Shown here: positions 52,386 to 53,608 of the stretch, piece after piece | How positions within the stretch are numbered: the first letter of the stretch is position 1 | Layout: the number at the start of each line of letters is the position of its first letter | Source: Aquificaceae bacterium | GTDB taxonomy: Bacteria; Aquificota; Aquificia; Aquificales; Aquificaceae | DNA: 53,608 bases | Reading direction: 5' to 3' | Assembly: GCA_037924335.1 (NCBI GenBank) | Contig: JAXSMZ010000002.1 | Location: 16,222-69,829, forward strand | Made by a program: the position numbers and the translations under genes | Notes under the pieces: model-generated | Seen by the model: only the letters and a program-made list of their open reading frames with translations | Told to the model about the DNA's origin: nothing | Databases searched by the model: none

Positions 52386-52406
52386 TGGGGGCTTTGCCCC
52401 CTCTTG
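52386..52406 (+). terminator. Putative intrinsic terminator hairpin
   Basis: GGGGGC-TTT-GCCCCC just after the FadL stop; weak U-tract. Confidence 0.45.
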
Positions 52407-52476
52407 ATGAGTTTCCTCATAGAGAGCTGAAAAGCTCCTTTGCTAAAATACTCCCAAATTCTTAAGGAGGTTAAGC

Positions 52477-52809
52477 ATGAAGTTCAAGCATGTCTTCATT
52501 TGTGTCAATCAAAGACCACCAGGCCATCCCATGGGTTCCTGTGCAGAAAAGGGGAGCAGGGAAGTTTACCAAGCTTTTATGGAAAAGCTTCAGACAGACC
52601 CTGAACTCTTTATGAGTGTTGTTGTAACTCCCACTGGCTGTTTGGGACCATGCGCTCTTGGTCCTACATTGGTAGTTTATCCCGACTCCGTATGGTATGG
52701 AAACGTTAAAGTGAGCGATGTGGAAGATATAGTTAACAACCATCTCAAAAAGGATGAGCCTGTGGAAAGGCTCATAGTTTCAAAGGGGAAACCACCCGGT
52801 ATGTTTTAA
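52477..52809 (+). CDS. Thioredoxin-like [2Fe-2S] ferredoxin
   Basis: HVFIC...GSC...TGCLGPC...VVYPD-x-VWY; closely resembles the Aquifex Fd4 type. Confidence 0.92.
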   Translation: MKFKHVFICVNQRPPGHPMGSCAEKGSREVYQAFMEKLQTDPELFMSVVVTPTGCLGPCALGPTLVVYPDSVWYGNVKVSDVEDIVNNHLKKDEPVERLIVSKGKPPGMF

Positions 52810-52821
52810 ACATCCTGGGGT

Positions 52822-53064
52822 CTATACAGCCCCAGGAACTCCTTCTTCCTCAAACTCTATCTCAAGCCTCTCTGCCGGTATTATAGTTGTTATTGCATGC
52901 TTATAGACGAGCGTTTGTTGTCTTCCGTCTTCCATGAGTATGGTGTAAAGGTCAAAAGACCTTACCCTACCTTGTAACCTCACACCGTTTACAAGGTAAA
53001 CTGTGACCTTAACCCTTCTCTTCCTAGCAGTATTTAAAAAGCTCTCCTGCAACTTATATGGCAT
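52822..53064 (-). CDS. hfq: RNA chaperone Hfq
   Basis: LQESFLN, YLVNGVRLQG, FD, LVYKHAITT. Confidence 0.97.
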   Translation of the reverse strand: MPYKLQESFLNTARKRRVKVTVYLVNGVRLQGRVRSFDLYTILMEDGRQQTLVYKHAITTIIPAERLEIEFEEEGVPGAV

Positions 53065-53608
53065 CTTGTAACCTCCTATCTGCCTGGTCCTTTGTTATTT
53101 CATAGAGCTTATCAGCTAAAGATATATAATAACTTGAATTTTCCAAGTTTTCAACAAGATACGGAGGGAAGACCCTCTCCCCGAAGTAAGCACCAAGGTA
53201 AGACCCAACAAGATACCCTATAGAATCTGTATCTCCACCGTAATCTCCATAGGAGTTCACGGCACTCCATAGAGCCTCTATAGGATCCTCAGTGTTGGAA
53301 AGGAATATGAAGATGGACAGGGGTAAGGATTCCAAAAGGTAGGTGGAGTTTCCAAGGGTGTTTATACCCTGCTCCACAGAAGCACCATCCTTCAAAAGCT
53401 GAGCCACTTTATCCATGTAGCTTTTGTGTCTTTCGTACTTCATGATGGACCTGAGAGATTCAAGGAGCTTGAGCTTTTCTTCCAGCTTTTCAATTCTGTA
53501 AGAGCCGCTGACAAGATAGGAAACAAGAGCAGAAAGCACTGCAGAACCATCGTAGACCTCAGGGCTTTTGTGCGTTAGCATGGAAACTGCCCTTCCACTC
53601 TCTGAGGA
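53054..53608 (-). CDS. ADP-ribosylglycohydrolase (DraG/ARH family), 5' end outside the window
   Basis: MLTH, AVN...GGDTDSIG...GAYFG motifs. Confidence 0.8.
   Translation of the reverse strand, partial: SSESGRAVSMLTHKSPEVYDGSAVLSALVSYLVSGSYRIEKLEEKLKLLESLRSIMKYERHKSYMDKVAQLLKDGASVEQGINTLGNSTYLLESLPLSIFIFLSNTEDPIEALWSAVNSYGDYGGDTDSIGYLVGSYLGAYFGERVFPPYLVENLENSSYYISLADKLYEITKDQADRRLQDAI

Noticed and set aside
52402..52438. Hammerhead-like TGATGAG...GAAA
   Set aside because: The CUGAUGA core is imperfect, GAAA does not follow stem II, and stems I and III cannot be formed.

Overview
Gene-dense, mostly core-genome window from an Aquificaceae bacterium (Hydrogenobacter/Thermocrinis-like). The assignment is inferred from protein families such as the thioredoxin-like [2Fe-2S] ferredoxin, BioW, divergent MetK and cNOR. 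The window holds about 55 CDSs: rpsB-tsf-pyrH-[DNA methyltransferase]-frr, acpP-fabF-rnc, clpX-skp-lpxD-mqnD, norCB plus a small membrane gene, scattered competence genes (comF, dprA, comM), hfq and others. It also has two tRNAs without encoded CCA (Arg-CCT, Ser-CGA). The ORF track misses three decayed mobile elements: an internally deleted IS200/IS605-type TnpB element that keeps both end hairpins (about 15598-16293), and adjoining IS256 and IS982 remnants (about 40435-41069). The best leads are: the TnpB relic with an intact omegaRNA-type right end; a single-chain tandem HEPN (DUF86-like) protein lacking the RxxxxH motif and with no nucleotidyltransferase partner; an orphan DNA methyltransferase spliced into the translation operon; a Hanks kinase-deacetylase-GT4-MetK coupled operon; a pervasive leaderless-promoter architecture; and several candidate regulator sites. 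I found no CRISPR array, prophage or rRNA. All family assignments come from motif recognition, not database searches.
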